Shown: positions 38,591 to 49,001, counted from the first letter of the whole stretch. The stretch: 61,539 nucleotides of DNA, filler included, from 6 parts of 6 records of this genome joined end to end with filler, not necessarily neighbours in it; one strand, 5' to 3'. The notes: generated from the sequence alone by a model not told the origin. Program-made: numbers and translations.

Positions 38591-39280
38591 ATGGTGGACT
38601 GGTCAACCCTCGATACGGTGTTCCTCGATATGGACGGGACACTGCTGGATCTGCATTTCGACAACCACTTCTGGCTGGAGCACCTGCCCAGGCGCTATGC
38701 CGAACACTTTGACCTGCACCCAACCGAGGCCCGGGACTACCTGATTCCGATGATTATGGCCGAGCGGGGCTCACTGAACTGGTACTGCACCGATTACTGG
38801 AGCGAACGCCTTGCCCTGGACATCACCGGCCTTAAGGCGGAAGTTGGCGACCGCATTGGCTACCGCCCCCATGTAACCGACTTTCTGGCCGCACTCCGCC
38901 AGGCCGGACTGCGCTCGGTCATCGTCACCAACTGCCATCCGGATCCTCTGGCCCTGAAACTTCAACGGACCGGACTGGATCAGCATGTTGACGGCATCGT
39001 CTCCAGCCACGAACTGGGCAAGCCCAAAGAGAACCCGGTATTCTGGCAGGACCTTGCCAGCCGCTCCCCCTATCGCCACCAATCTACCCTGATGGTCGAC
39101 GACAGTTTCCCGGTGCTTGAGAGTGCCCGGGCCGCCGGTATTGGCCAGTGCCTGGCGATTCTGGCGCCCGACAGCCAGCAGCCATCCAATGACCACCACC
39201 CGGACATTCCCGGCATTCATCACTTCGATGAAGTCCTGCCTGCCTTGCGCTCACATACAGCAGTGCCATCCACCCCATGA
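38591..39280 (+). CDS. yrfG: GMP/IMP nucleotidase (HAD family)
   Basis: LDMDGTLLDLHFDNHFW, LNWYC; synteny with hslR-hslO-pckA. Confidence 0.92.
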   Translation: MVDWSTLDTVFLDMDGTLLDLHFDNHFWLEHLPRRYAEHFDLHPTEARDYLIPMIMAERGSLNWYCTDYWSERLALDITGLKAEVGDRIGYRPHVTDFLAALRQAGLRSVIVTNCHPDPLALKLQRTGLDQHVDGIVSSHELGKPKENPVFWQDLASRSPYRHQSTLMVDDSFPVLESARAAGIGQCLAILAPDSQQPSNDHHPDIPGIHHFDEVLPALRSHTAVPSTP

Positions 39281-39328
39281 GGGGGTTATAATGGGTTATT
39301 GCGGCATGTGCCCGACAGGTGAGGAGAT

Positions 39329-39736
39329 ATGACGGCGGCGAACGCAGACGATCAGAAAGTCCGGCTCGATAAATGGCTGTGGGCAGCGCGATTCTATAAA
39401 ACCCGCTCGCTCGCCAAAGAGGCCATTGAAGGCGGTAAGGTGCACTACAACAGCCAGCGCACCAAGCCCGGCAAGATCGTTGAGACCGGCGCCAAAGTGA
39501 CCCTGCGCCTGGGCTGGCAGGAAAAGATCGTGATCGTCGACGACATCAGCGACCGACGCCGGGGCGCCCCGGAAGCCCAGAAGCTCTATCACGAAACCGA
39601 CGACAGCGTGAAACGGCGGGAAGACCTGGCCTGGCAACGCAAGACCATGCAGGCTGCACAGCTGCCCCCGGCTCGAAGGCCGAGCAAGAAAGATCGCCGG
39701 GATATCCAGCGCTTCCGGGAACAGAATGGTCTGTAA
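39329..39736 (+). CDS. hslR: Ribosome-associated heat shock protein Hsp15
   Basis: VRLDKWLWAARFYKTRSLA, RRGAPEAQKLY, RPSKKDRR. Confidence 0.96.
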   Translation: MTAANADDQKVRLDKWLWAARFYKTRSLAKEAIEGGKVHYNSQRTKPGKIVETGAKVTLRLGWQEKIVIVDDISDRRRGAPEAQKLYHETDDSVKRREDLAWQRKTMQAAQLPPARRPSKKDRRDIQRFREQNGL

Positions 39737-39823
39737 CCATTGAATCCCACGTATCTGACAACCCGTATACAACCCCGTTTCAGTAACTCCCAGTAAATCG
39801 ATACATCAGCTCCAGGAGACACC

Positions 39824-40678
39824 ATGGCATCCCGCGACCAGTTCCAACGTTTTCTCTTTGAACACAGCCAGGTGCGGGGTGCCTGGGTACAGCTGGGCGA
39901 GAGTTTCAAGGAAATCACCGGCCAGGCCCCCTACCCGGATTCAGTCCGCGAGCTGCTGGGAGAATCCCTGGTAGCCAGCGTACTGATGAGCAGCACCCTG
40001 AAATTCAAAGGCACTCTCTCGCTGCAGGCAGCGGGTGAAGGTGCCCTCAGCACACTCATGGCCGAATGCAGCCATGACCGCCATATCCGTGGCCTGGCCC
40101 GCTTTGATGCCGATGCGGTCAGCGGCGAAACCCTGCACGAGCTGCTCGGAAAAAGCCGTATGGCCATCACCATTACCCCGGAACAGGGCCAGCGCTATCA
40201 GGGCGTGGTACCAAGGGAATCAGAAACCCTGGCCGGCTGCCTGGAAGAGTACTTCGAGCGCTCCGAGCAGATCGCCACCAGCCTGTTCCTGTTTGCCAAC
40301 GAGGATACCGCTGCCGGCCTGTTACTCCAGCGCCTTCCCGGCCATACCGATGACGACGATGACCTGTGGAACCGGGTGAACCACCTGGCCCGCACAGTGG
40401 AAGCGGAGGAACTGCTGAGCCTGGACAGTGAAACCCTGCTGCACCGGCTGTTCCACGAGGAAACGGTGCGCCTGTTCGAGCCGGATCCGGTTGCCTTCCG
40501 CTGCAGCTGTTCCCACGAACGCACCCTGGCCGCGCTGGAAGCCATCGGCAAGGACGAGTGCTACAGCATCCTCGACGAACAGGGCAGCATCAACATGGAC
40601 TGCCAGTTCTGTCACGCAAACTATCGCTTCAATAGAAATGATATTGATCACCTTTTCACCGGCCATACGTTACACTAA
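39824..40678 (+). CDS. hslO: Redox-regulated chaperone Hsp33
   Basis: YQGVV, YFERSEQI, FRCSCS...CQFC zinc motif. Confidence 0.96.
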   Translation: MASRDQFQRFLFEHSQVRGAWVQLGESFKEITGQAPYPDSVRELLGESLVASVLMSSTLKFKGTLSLQAAGEGALSTLMAECSHDRHIRGLARFDADAVSGETLHELLGKSRMAITITPEQGQRYQGVVPRESETLAGCLEEYFERSEQIATSLFLFANEDTAAGLLLQRLPGHTDDDDDLWNRVNHLARTVEAEELLSLDSETLLHRLFHEETVRLFEPDPVAFRCSCSHERTLAALEAIGKDECYSILDEQGSINMDCQFCHANYRFNRNDIDHLFTGHTLH

Positions 40679-40852
40679 GCAGTCACTGAACTTGCCCGGA
40701 AGCCGCCTCTGGCGCGGCTTTCAGGGCAGTCGTTTTTTGTGGGCGTCTCTGGCATAATAGCGCGCCTGAATTGACCCGATTGTTCAGTTTTCCGTCAATT
40801 TTCGGGGGGACGGCCTGGGCAATCACGAAGACATCCCGAGGGCGAGGTCGAA

Positions 40853-42388
40853 GTGAGCAACACTTATAATGATCTGAGTACAGCACGACTGGTCGAGCTG
40901 GCATTAGCAAGGAACGAAGGCCAGCTGGCATCCAACGGTTCTCTGGTGGTCACCACCGGTGAGCGTACCGGCCGGTCTCCTATGGACCGCTTTATCGTCG
41001 AGGAGCCCAGCACCGCCGACGACATTCACTGGGGTCCGATCAACCGCCCGTTCGATGCTGAAAAGTTCGATGCCCTGTGGGATCGCGTTGAAGCCTACAT
41101 CGCTGAAAAAGACCGCTTCGTCTCTCACGTTCACGTTGGTTCCGACCCGGAACACTACCTGCCGGTAAAAATGACCACGGAAACCGCGTGGCAGAACCTG
41201 TTCGGCCGCAACCTGTTCATTCGCCCGGATAGCTTCAATCCGGCCGACAAGCAGGAATGGCAGATTCTCAACGCCGCTAATTTCGAGTGTGTACCGGAGC
41301 GTGATGGCACCAACTCCAACGGCTGCGTCAGCATCAACTTCGCCAAGCGCAAGGTGTTGCTGGCCGGCATGCACTACGCAGGCGAAATGAAAAAAGCCAT
41401 GTTCTCGGTTCAGAACTTCCTTCTGCCCGAGAAAGACGTGTTGCCCATGCACTGCTCAGCCAACGTCAGTGAAACCGGCGAGACATGCCTGTTCTTCGGC
41501 CTGTCCGGCACCGGCAAAACCACCCTGTCTGCAGACCCGCACCGGTTCCTGATCGGTGACGATGAGCACGGCTGGGGCCCGGGCACCGTATTCAATATTG
41601 AAGGCGGTTGCTACGCCAAGTGCATCGACCTGAGCCAGAAGAACGAACCGATCATCTGGGACGCCATCCGTTTCGGCGCCATCGTTGAGAACGTGATGAT
41701 TGATCCGGAGACCCGCGAGCCGGACTACAACGACGTTTCACTGACCGAAAACTCCCGCTGCGCCTATCCGCTCGAGCACGTCGAAAAGCGCGTGATCGAG
41801 AACCGTGCCGGTGAGCCCTCGCACATCATCTTCCTGACCTGCGACATGACCGGCGTTCTGCCTCCGGTATCCATCCTGAGTCGTGAAGCGGCTGCGTACC
41901 ATTTCCTGAGTGGCTACACGGCGCTGGTGGGCTCCACCGAAATGGGCTCATCCTCCAAGCTGAAGTCCACCTTCTCGACCTGCTTTGGTGCGCCGTTCTT
42001 CCCGCGCCCGGCCGGCGTCTATGCCGAGCTGCTGATGAAGCGTATCGACGAATTCGGCAGCAAGGTATTTCTGGTCAACACCGGCTGGACCGGTGGCCCC
42101 TACGGTGAAGGCAAGCGTTTCAGCATTCCGACCACCCGCGCCATCATTGCCGCCATCCAGAACGGCGATCTGGACGACGTGGAAACTGAGCACCTGGATG
42201 CCCTGAACCTGGACGTGCCCAAGCATGTTCCGGGCGTAGACACCGAGCTGTTGAACCCGCGCACCACCTGGGTCAGCCCGGACTACTACGATGGCAAGGC
42301 CCAGGAGCTGATTGCCCAGTTCGTGGAGAACTTCAAGAAGTTCGACGTGGCGGAAGCTATTATTACAGCCGGCCCCAAACCCCAGTAA
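40853..42388 (+). CDS. pckA: Phosphoenolpyruvate carboxykinase (ATP)
   Basis: [38 protein letters not shown]. Confidence 0.97.
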   Translation: MSNTYNDLSTARLVELALARNEGQLASNGSLVVTTGERTGRSPMDRFIVEEPSTADDIHWGPINRPFDAEKFDALWDRVEAYIAEKDRFVSHVHVGSDPEHYLPVKMTTETAWQNLFGRNLFIRPDSFNPADKQEWQILNAANFECVPERDGTNSNGCVSINFAKRKVLLAGMHYAGEMKKAMFSVQNFLLPEKDVLPMHCSANVSETGETCLFFGLSGTGKTTLSADPHRFLIGDDEHGWGPGTVFNIEGGCYAKCIDLSQKNEPIIWDAIRFGAIVENVMIDPETREPDYNDVSLTENSRCAYPLEHVEKRVIENRAGEPSHIIFLTCDMTGVLPPVSILSREAAAYHFLSGYTALVGSTEMGSSSKLKSTFSTCFGAPFFPRPAGVYAELLMKRIDEFGSKVFLVNTGWTGGPYGEGKRFSIPTTRAIIAAIQNGDLDDVETEHLDALNLDVPKHVPGVDTELLNPRTTWVSPDYYDGKAQELIAQFVENFKKFDVAEAIITAGPKPQ

Positions 42389-42399
42389 ACAATGCAATT

Positions 42400-42431
42400 C
42401 TGAAGAAGCCCTCAAATGAGGGCTTCTTCAG
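42400..42431. terminator. Bidirectional terminator between pckA and the convergent gene
   Basis: CTGAAGAAGCCCTCA-AA-TGAGGGCTTCTTCAG perfect 15-bp stem. Confidence 0.85.
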
Positions 42432-42462
42432 TTTAAGCTATTCACTATTCCTGGATATGTGC

Positions 42463-42768
42463 TCAATCCAGATAGACAAATAACTCCCTGCTCTCAATCT
42501 TGTCCGCGATATCCGAAACCAGTTTCTCTGCGGTATCCGGCACCGCCCATGGCTTCGCATAGGCATATAGCCAAAGATCCATCATTAGATTAGCGAAAGG
42601 ATCCTGCTGGGCATCAAGAATGGCCCGCAATGCCTCTTTGGCGTATGTCGCATGTGGAAGGAAAGCTTCGCTCTCCGGCATACCCGACTCGTCAAGCCGA
42701 GGCGTCGCTGTAAAGACCACCACCTGATTCAGTTCGTTTCGAATATAAAAGGCATTGTCCTGCAGCAT
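42463..42768 (-). CDS. Hypothetical protein
   Basis: 101 aa ORF with AAGGA RBS, in a visibly lower-GC segment. Confidence 0.6.
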   Translation of the reverse strand: MLQDNAFYIRNELNQVVVFTATPRLDESGMPESEAFLPHATYAKEALRAILDAQQDPFANLMMDLWLYAYAKPWAVPDTAEKLVSDIADKIESRELFVYLD

Positions 42769-42807
42769 ATCAGCTTTCCTTAGCAGAAATTAAAGCGTAG
42801 CCAACAA

Positions 42808-43206
42808 TCATGTTCTTTCAATAGCTTGCTTGACCGACCGATATAATGCACCCGCTGTTTGATCAAATACCCAGCAGATAAATCTAAAGGTCAAATCGAC
42901 AACCGTCGTTACAGCAACCCGTGCAAAGGCAAGCATATGGCCAAGCAGCCCTTTGGTCTGCTCAGCAAACCGACCGGATGCCGCGGCTATTTTTCCCAGC
43001 GTTTTGGCCAAAAGATCGTAAAATGTCAGAGCAGAACCAATCGTAGCCTGCGCCAAAACAGCGGAATAGTACCCCGCATCTCTCAACAAAGTAATCAAAG
43101 CCGCCGACAGTTTATCTGCCCATTGCCCTGAGAAGAATGCTTCGTGGCGCCTCTCATAATCCAGCCGAACTACTGGGCTGAGAATATTCTCAGAACGTCT
43201 CTGCAA
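42808..43206 (-). CDS. C-terminal part of a hypothetical protein, possibly a class 3 lipase tail; 5' truncated
   Basis: Amphipathic helical tail (LTFYDLLAKTL..LLGHML..FICWVF) resembling tails of gammaproteobacterial lipase_3 proteins; catalytic domain not in window. Confidence 0.45.
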   Translation of the reverse strand: MQRRSENILSPVVRLDYERRHEAFFSGQWADKLSAALITLLRDAGYYSAVLAQATIGSALTFYDLLAKTLGKIAAASGRFAEQTKGLLGHMLAFARVAVTTVVDLTFRFICWVFDQTAGALYRSVKQAIERT

Positions 43207-43207
43207 T

Positions 43208-43307
43208 NNNNNNNNNNNNNNNNNNNNNNNNNNNNNNNNNNNNNNNNNNNNTTAATTAATTAANNNNNNNNNNNNNNNNNNNNNNNNNNNNNNNNNNNNN
43301 NNNNNNN
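43208..43307. other. Artificial contig spacer
   Basis: N44-TTAATTAATTAA-N44. Confidence 0.99.
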
Positions 43308-43736
43308 AAGCCGATCCACTTGCTAAAGCCCTGGCAGCGCCCGGTCACGAGCGTGTTCCAGGAACACAACCTGTTCGAGCACCTGGATGTCTTTACCAAT
43401 ATTGGCCTTGGCATTCACCCCGGCCTCAAGCTGGATGAATCTCAACGCCACGCCATTGAAGCCGGACTGGAACGCACCGGGTTAGCAGGTTTCGGTCCCA
43501 GAATGCCTGGCGAGCTTTCCGGTGGCCAACGCCAGCGCGTTGCCTTGCTGCGAGCCATCCTGCGGCGCCAACCATTGCTCTTGCTGGATGAGCCGATGAC
43601 TGGCCTGGACACCGAGACCCGGAAGATTCTGTACGCCATGCTGCTGGAAGAGAAAGCCCGGGGCATCACCATGCTACTGGCCAGTCACGATGAAGAAGAA
43701 CGCAGAATACTGGCAGACAGCCACTGGAATCTTTAA
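43308..43736 (+). CDS. thiQ: Thiamine ABC transporter ATP-binding subunit, 3' part
   Basis: RPVTSVFQEHNLFEHL..NIGLGIHPGLKL, LSGGQRQR, LLLDEP. Confidence 0.8.
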   Translation, partial: KPIHLLKPWQRPVTSVFQEHNLFEHLDVFTNIGLGIHPGLKLDESQRHAIEAGLERTGLAGFGPRMPGELSGGQRQRVALLRAILRRQPLLLLDEPMTGLDTETRKILYAMLLEEKARGITMLLASHDEEERRILADSHWNL

Positions 43737-43772
43737 GCTTTCAGAGAACTCAAACAGGGACTCCGTGACTCC

Positions 43773-44921
43773 GTGGCAAATGAACCAGGCCTATCTCAGC
43801 CACTTGGCGCCCACACTCCCGGTAACGCCGAATTCGGTGGCCATACGCTGAAGTTTTCCGGCGACTGGACTCTGTCCCACTATTCCGTCCTGAATCGGCA
43901 AACAACTGCCCTGAAACCTCGCGCAGCCGCCTGCAACCCGGATTTTTCCGGCCTGGGCCGCCTGGACACCGCCGGCGCCTCGTTGATGGTGAAATTGCTT
44001 GGCAGCGACGCTCTGATCAGCGCTCTGGAACGAGCCGAATTACCGGATGAACAGCGCGCCCTGATACAGGCGGTTGCTGAAGCCATGAACCAGCCGTCGG
44101 CGGCGGTCGCAACCGTTAACCCGGTCGTGGCGTTCCTGGCGGAGATCGGGAAGAAGGTGACCACACTGGGGCAACTTGTCTGGTTGCTGGCCGGGTTTAT
44201 TGGCCAGACGCTGGGCACGCTGTTCTACATCCTGCCCCGGCCTACACGCTGGCGTATAACACCCTTTGTGGCGGCACTACACGACACCGGCCTGAACGCC
44301 CTGCCCATTGTTGCCCTGCTTACCTTTCTGGTTGGCGCCGTGGTTGCGTTTCTTGGCGCGACAGTTCTTGAAGACTTTGGCGCGACCATTTACACAGTGG
44401 ATCTGGTGGCGTTCTCGTTCCTGCGGGAGTTCGGCGTACTTCTGGCAGCCATCCTGCTGGCCGGCCGAACCGCCAGTGCCTTCACCGCACAGATTGGCGC
44501 CATGAAAGTCAATGAAGAACTCGACGCTATTCGCACCCTGGGGCTCAATCCGGTGGAACTGCTGGTCGTTCCACGGGTTTTGGCGATGATGTTCAGCCTC
44601 CCCATTCTCACGTTTATCGGCATGATCTCGGGCATGGTCGGTGGGGCTGTGGTCTGCGCGGTCGCTCTGGACATTCCGCCCAGCCAGTTCATTGCCATTG
44701 TCGAACGGGATATTGCCCTGAAGCACTTCCTGGTCGGCCTTGGCAAGGCTCCGGTGTTCGCATTTCTGATCGCCGTCATTGGTTGCCTGGAAGGCTTCAA
44801 AGTGGCCGGCAGTGCTCAGTCTGTCGGGGAACACACCACCTCCAGCGTGGTGCAGTCTATCTTTATGGTGATACTGCTGGATTCCGTGGCAGCGCTGTTT
44901 TTCATGGAAATGGGTTGGTAA
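43773..44921 (+). CDS. MlaE-family ABC permease with N-terminal STAS-like domain
   Basis: RLDTAGA STAS-like segment; LREFGVLLAAILLAGRTASAFTAQIGAMKVNEELDA. Confidence 0.9.
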   Translation: MANEPGLSQPLGAHTPGNAEFGGHTLKFSGDWTLSHYSVLNRQTTALKPRAAACNPDFSGLGRLDTAGASLMVKLLGSDALISALERAELPDEQRALIQAVAEAMNQPSAAVATVNPVVAFLAEIGKKVTTLGQLVWLLAGFIGQTLGTLFYILPRPTRWRITPFVAALHDTGLNALPIVALLTFLVGAVVAFLGATVLEDFGATIYTVDLVAFSFLREFGVLLAAILLAGRTASAFTAQIGAMKVNEELDAIRTLGLNPVELLVVPRVLAMMFSLPILTFIGMISGMVGGAVVCAVALDIPPSQFIAIVERDIALKHFLVGLGKAPVFAFLIAVIGCLEGFKVAGSAQSVGEHTTSSVVQSIFMVILLDSVAALFFMEMGW

Positions 44922-44924
44922 GGC

Positions 44925-45719
44925 ATGGCGGATCATCCGGTCATACAGGTACGTGCACTCGACAACCGCTTCGGCAGCCACATCGTTCATGAGAAACTCG
45001 ATCTGGATCTGTATCCCAGGGAGATTCTTGGTGTGGTCGGCGGCTCCGGCACCGGCAAGTCCGTTCTACTGCGCAGTATTGTTGGCCTGAATCCACCATC
45101 CGGCGGGCACATCACCGTTTTTGGTGAAGATTTGACGGAACTATCCGCCACCGAACGCTCTCGCTATGAGCAACGTTTCGGGGTTCTGTTTCAGGGCGGC
45201 GCCTTGTTCACGTCACTGAACCTTGAGCAGAACATCGCACTGCCGCTGATTGAACACGCCCGACTGTCGCGGGCCGAAGCGGAGGAACTGGCCCGAATGA
45301 AGCTGGCCTTGACCGGCCTGCCACCAGAAGCCGCCACGAAATACCCGGCCGAACTCTCCGGCGGTATGGTCAAGCGGGCGGCCCTGGCCCGGGCGCTGGC
45401 GCTGGACCCGGAAATCCTGTTTCTGGATGAACCAACCGCCGGTCTGGACCCGATCGGCGCTGCCGCCTTTGACGAGCTGATTGTCACCCTTCGCAACGCA
45501 CTGGGCCTTACGGTATTTCTTGTTACCCACGATCTGGATACCCTGTACACCACCTGTGACCGTGTTGCGGTTCTGTCTCAACGCAGGGTGCTGGTTGCCG
45601 ATACTCTGGAAAAGGTGGCACAAACCGACGATCGCTGGATTCAGGACTACTTCCATGGTCCCCGTGGCCGCGCGGCGATTACAGCCCACAACAGGCTAAC
45701 CAAACAGGAGCCCGGTTAA
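44925..45719 (+). CDS. MlaF-family ABC ATP-binding protein
   Basis: GGSGTGKS, FQGGALF, ELSGGMVKR, DEPTAGLDP. Confidence 0.92.
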   Translation: MADHPVIQVRALDNRFGSHIVHEKLDLDLYPREILGVVGGSGTGKSVLLRSIVGLNPPSGGHITVFGEDLTELSATERSRYEQRFGVLFQGGALFTSLNLEQNIALPLIEHARLSRAEAEELARMKLALTGLPPEAATKYPAELSGGMVKRAALARALALDPEILFLDEPTAGLDPIGAAAFDELIVTLRNALGLTVFLVTHDLDTLYTTCDRVAVLSQRRVLVADTLEKVAQTDDRWIQDYFHGPRGRAAITAHNRLTKQEPG

Positions 45720-46657
45720 TGGAGCCCAAGGCCCATCACGTTATCATCGGATTCTTCACGCTTGCGGCAGTCAGCGCTGCCTTGCTGTTTGCTCTGTGGC
45801 TGGGCAAATCATCTACCGACACCAACTGGGCCTATTACCGGATCGGGTTTGATCACCCGGTTGGCGGGCTGGCCAAGGGTAACCCGGTCCTCTATACCGG
45901 CGTCCCGGTGGGCGACGTGCTGGATCTTACCTTGGCGCCGGACAACCCCGCCCATGTGCGGGTACTGGTGAGGGTGAATCAGGATATTCCGGTACGGGAG
46001 AATACCCGCGCGGGCCTGGTACTGGCCAACATAACCGGCAGCATGAGCATACAGTTTACCGGAGGCACACCAGACAGCCCCATTCTGGAAGGCCACAAAG
46101 CCAATCCACCGCTGATAGCCGCCGAGCCTTCGGCCTTCAGTAACCTGCTGACCAATGGCGAGGCCATGCTCGGCAAAGCAGAGCAGTTGCTGGAGAATGC
46201 CAACCGGCTGATGTCCGAAGACAACCTGAGCAACATTGCCGAAATTCTTGAGAACACCCGCCAGGCCAGTGAATCGCTGCTGGCCAGCCGGGGCGAGCTT
46301 GAGGCGCTGATGACCCGGTTCGATGAAGCCGGCATCCGTGCAGAAGAAGCTGCCATCAAGGTGTCTGCCGCGGCAGACAGGTCCCGAGAGGTACTGGATG
46401 AGCGGGTGGAACCGGTTCTCCTGGCCATGTCCAGGGCGCTGACCACCCTTCAACCTACCCTGGATCGACTGGACACCCTCACCGGCGACAATGAACTGGC
46501 GCTGGACGCTGGGCTTCAGGGTCTGGGAGAAATAACCCCTGCATTGCGGGAGCTGCGTAGCACCTTACGCAACCTGAACTCGTTTACCCGCAGGCTGGAG
46601 CAGGACCCCACCGGAACCTTGTGGGGCGGCACCGGCATCAAGGAGTACGAACAATGA
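45719..46657 (+). CDS. MCE/MlaD family protein with helical extension
   Basis: TM anchor, GLAKGNPVLYTGVPVGDV MCE motif, ITG..I. Confidence 0.9.
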   Translation: MEPKAHHVIIGFFTLAAVSAALLFALWLGKSSTDTNWAYYRIGFDHPVGGLAKGNPVLYTGVPVGDVLDLTLAPDNPAHVRVLVRVNQDIPVRENTRAGLVLANITGSMSIQFTGGTPDSPILEGHKANPPLIAAEPSAFSNLLTNGEAMLGKAEQLLENANRLMSEDNLSNIAEILENTRQASESLLASRGELEALMTRFDEAGIRAEEAAIKVSAAADRSREVLDERVEPVLLAMSRALTTLQPTLDRLDTLTGDNELALDAGLQGLGEITPALRELRSTLRNLNSFTRRLEQDPTGTLWGGTGIKEYEQ

Positions 46658-47262
46658 AAGTGCTATCCGCTCTCGCCTTGGGCCTGGTTCTGGCTGGCTG
46701 CACGGTCTTCCCGGTGCCCGAATCCCCTCGCCTGATGGAACTGGCACCAGCGAGCGACTTGCCAGCATTTGACCAGGCGCTGCCGGCCAGCCTTCGGGTA
46801 GATACGCCACTGGCTTCTGACCCGCTGGACAGCGCTCGTATTCTGATTAAACCGTCGGCTTACGAATACCGGGCCCTGGCAGGCGCCCGATGGCGAGAGA
46901 GTATTCCCGTGGTCGTTCGCGATCACCTGCTGGAGACTCTCCGGGCAAGCGGCGCGTTCGCAAATGTGATGACCGACACCAGCCCGGCAACGTCGCAGTT
47001 AACCCTAGTCTCCGAGCTGACCGGATTTCATGCTGAGAATGATGAAACTGGCACACGGGTGGTGATCAGGCAGCATCAGCAACTCATGGATAATCGCACC
47101 AGACGGAGCTTGTGTGTGAGGAGTTATGAAGCCAGGGCGAACGCACAAAGCACCGCGCTGGGGGAGTTGATGGAGGCCTTCAGTAATGCCAGCGCACATT
47201 CATCCGTGACCACAGTCACCTGGGCACACCAGTGTATGGCCCAGGAACCTCCGGCCAATTAA
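46654..47262 (+). CDS. ABC-type transport auxiliary lipoprotein (PqiC-like)
   Basis: Lipobox LAGC; LRVDTP..LDSARI..Y..ARW; ATGA overlap with the MCE gene. Confidence 0.85.
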   Translation: MKVLSALALGLVLAGCTVFPVPESPRLMELAPASDLPAFDQALPASLRVDTPLASDPLDSARILIKPSAYEYRALAGARWRESIPVVVRDHLLETLRASGAFANVMTDTSPATSQLTLVSELTGFHAENDETGTRVVIRQHQQLMDNRTRRSLCVRSYEARANAQSTALGELMEAFSNASAHSSVTTVTWAHQCMAQEPPAN

Positions 47263-47813
47263 CCTGCCTCTTTCGGAAACAAGTCAGCCCAGGCGGCACG
47301 AAGGTAAAGAATCATGGACCACAGGGTCAGCACTGCTGCGATGTATAGCAGACCGATGGCCACATAAGCCCAGAAATTACCCGGCGGAAACGCCAGCAAC
47401 CCGACAATGGCCGCCATCTGAGCGGTGGTCTTGATCTTGCCGATATAAGACACAGCAACACTGGCGCGACTGCCCATTTCGGCCATCCATTCACGCAACG
47501 CCGAGATCACAATCTCGCGACCGATAATCACGGTGGCGGGAATAGTCAGTAATACCGCCGAATACTCTTCGATCAAGACGGCCAGCGCCACTGCCACCAT
47601 GAGTTTATCGGCCACCGGATCCAGGAAAGCGCCGAAAGGCGTGCTCTGGTTCAATTTGCGGGCCAGGTACCCGTCCAGCCAGTCCGTCAGGCCTGCCAGA
47701 GCAAATATGATGGCGCTGACCAGGTAACTCCATTGCATGGGCAGGTAAAAGATCACCACGAATACCGGAATCATCACGATACGGGACATGGTCAGTATGT
47801 TCGGTAAATTCAT
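47259..47813 (-). CDS. pgsA: CDP-diacylglycerol--glycerol-3-phosphate 3-phosphatidyltransferase
   Basis: MNLPNILT, TDWLDGYLAR..FGAFLDPVADKL; follows uvrC. Confidence 0.96.
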   Translation of the reverse strand: MNLPNILTMSRIVMIPVFVVIFYLPMQWSYLVSAIIFALAGLTDWLDGYLARKLNQSTPFGAFLDPVADKLMVAVALAVLIEEYSAVLLTIPATVIIGREIVISALREWMAEMGSRASVAVSYIGKIKTTAQMAAIVGLLAFPPGNFWAYVAIGLLYIAAVLTLWSMILYLRAAWADLFPKEAG

Positions 47814-47820
47814 GGTGTTC

Positions 47821-48789
47821 CTATTGGTCATGCAATGCTGCGTAAATGGTCTCTGCCAAAGATTTGCTGATGCCCTGCACTTTGGCCATTTCATCAACAC
47901 TGGCTTTTCTGAGTTCCTGGATGCCACCGAAATAGCGAATCAGTTCGCGCCGGCGCTTCGGCCCAACCCCTTCGATACCTTCCAGGGTCGACTGGCGCCG
48001 CTTTTTATCTCGCCCGGCCCGGTGTCCGGATATGGCAAAGCGATGGGATTCATCCCGAATATGCTGTATCAGGTGCAGCGCCGGAGAATCCGCCGGTACC
48101 CGGAATACGGCCCCAGTTAAGGCGTCAATCAGCTGCTCCATCCCTGCGCGCCGGGTCACACCCTTGGCGACACCAATCAGAGGGATATCGGAAACTCCAA
48201 GCTCTTCAAACACTTCACGAGCAACATTCAACTGGCCCTTACCACCGTCGATAAACACCAGATCTGGCCGCTTGCCCTCGCCGTTCACCATCCGCCGGTA
48301 ACGCCGGGTAAGCACCTGTCGCATGGCGGCATAGTCATCGCCGGCGGTTATGTCCTGGATGTTATACAACCGGTAATCGCTTTTCAGTGGCCCATTCTCG
48401 TCGAAAACCACACAGGATGCGACGGTATTTTCCCCATGACTGTGGCTGATATCGAAGCATTCCATACGGGAAGGCGTTTCCGTCAGCTCCAGCAGGTCGC
48501 GCAGGGCCAGCAATCGACGATACACGGTTTCTTTACTGGCGAGATGTGTCAGCAGGGTTTGCCGGGCGTTGGTCATCGCCAGCTCCAGCCAGCGCCGACG
48601 CTCGCCCCGCACATTGCCGCGGATGCGGGTTTCCCTGCGCGCCGCTTCCGACAGGGCCTGCGACAATAATTCCTGCCCGTCTACCGCCACCGGCACCAGG
48701 ATGTCGCGCGGAATCTCCCGCCGGGTGTCGCCACCGAAATAGTACTGGCCCAGAAACGAGGCCAGCAATTCGCCTTCGGTCTGTTCCAG
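47821..48789 (-). CDS. uvrC: Excinuclease ABC subunit C, 3' part
   Basis: ECFDISH, DDYAAM, IDGGKGQ, RDESHRFAI, HhH GVGPKRR. Confidence 0.97.
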   Translation of the reverse strand: MEQTEGELLASFLGQYYFGGDTRREIPRDILVPVAVDGQELLSQALSEAARRETRIRGNVRGERRRWLELAMTNARQTLLTHLASKETVYRRLLALRDLLELTETPSRMECFDISHSHGENTVASCVVFDENGPLKSDYRLYNIQDITAGDDYAAMRQVLTRRYRRMVNGEGKRPDLVFIDGGKGQLNVAREVFEELGVSDIPLIGVAKGVTRRAGMEQLIDALTGAVFRVPADSPALHLIQHIRDESHRFAISGHRAGRDKKRRQSTLEGIEGVGPKRRRELIRYFGGIQELRKASVDEMAKVQGISKSLAETIYAALHDQ

Positions 48790-48790
48790 G

Positions 48791-48890
48791 NNNNNNNNNN
48801 NNNNNNNNNNNNNNNNNNNNNNNNNNNNNNNNNNTTAATTAATTAANNNNNNNNNNNNNNNNNNNNNNNNNNNNNNNNNNNNNNNNNNNN
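48791..48890. other. Artificial contig spacer
   Basis: N44-TTAATTAATTAA-N44. Confidence 0.99.
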
Positions 48891-48891
48891 A

Positions 48892-48939
48892 ACTCAGGGC
48901 CAGAAAGGTCCTCAGGCGGAGAACGTTGTTGCTCTGTAA
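48892..48939 (+). CDS. Cold-shock protein, C-terminal fragment (not in ORF track)
   Basis: Translates to TQGQKGPQAENVVAL*, the typical CspA-family C-terminus. Confidence 0.85.
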   Translation, partial: TQGQKGPQAENVVAL

Positions 48940-48965
48940 TCCCCTGAGGATTCAGCAATAACCCC

Positions 48966-48992
48966 AAAAAGGCAGCCGAGGCTGCCTTTTTT
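48966..48992. terminator. Bidirectional intrinsic terminator
   Basis: AAAAAGGCAGCC-GA-GGCTGCCTTTTTT. Confidence 0.9.
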
Positions 48993-49001
48993 GTTGCCTG
49001 T

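Noticed and set aside
40600-40615. CQFCH (CxxCH) in Hsp33
   Set aside because: Known zinc-binding redox switch of cytoplasmic HslO, not a heme c site
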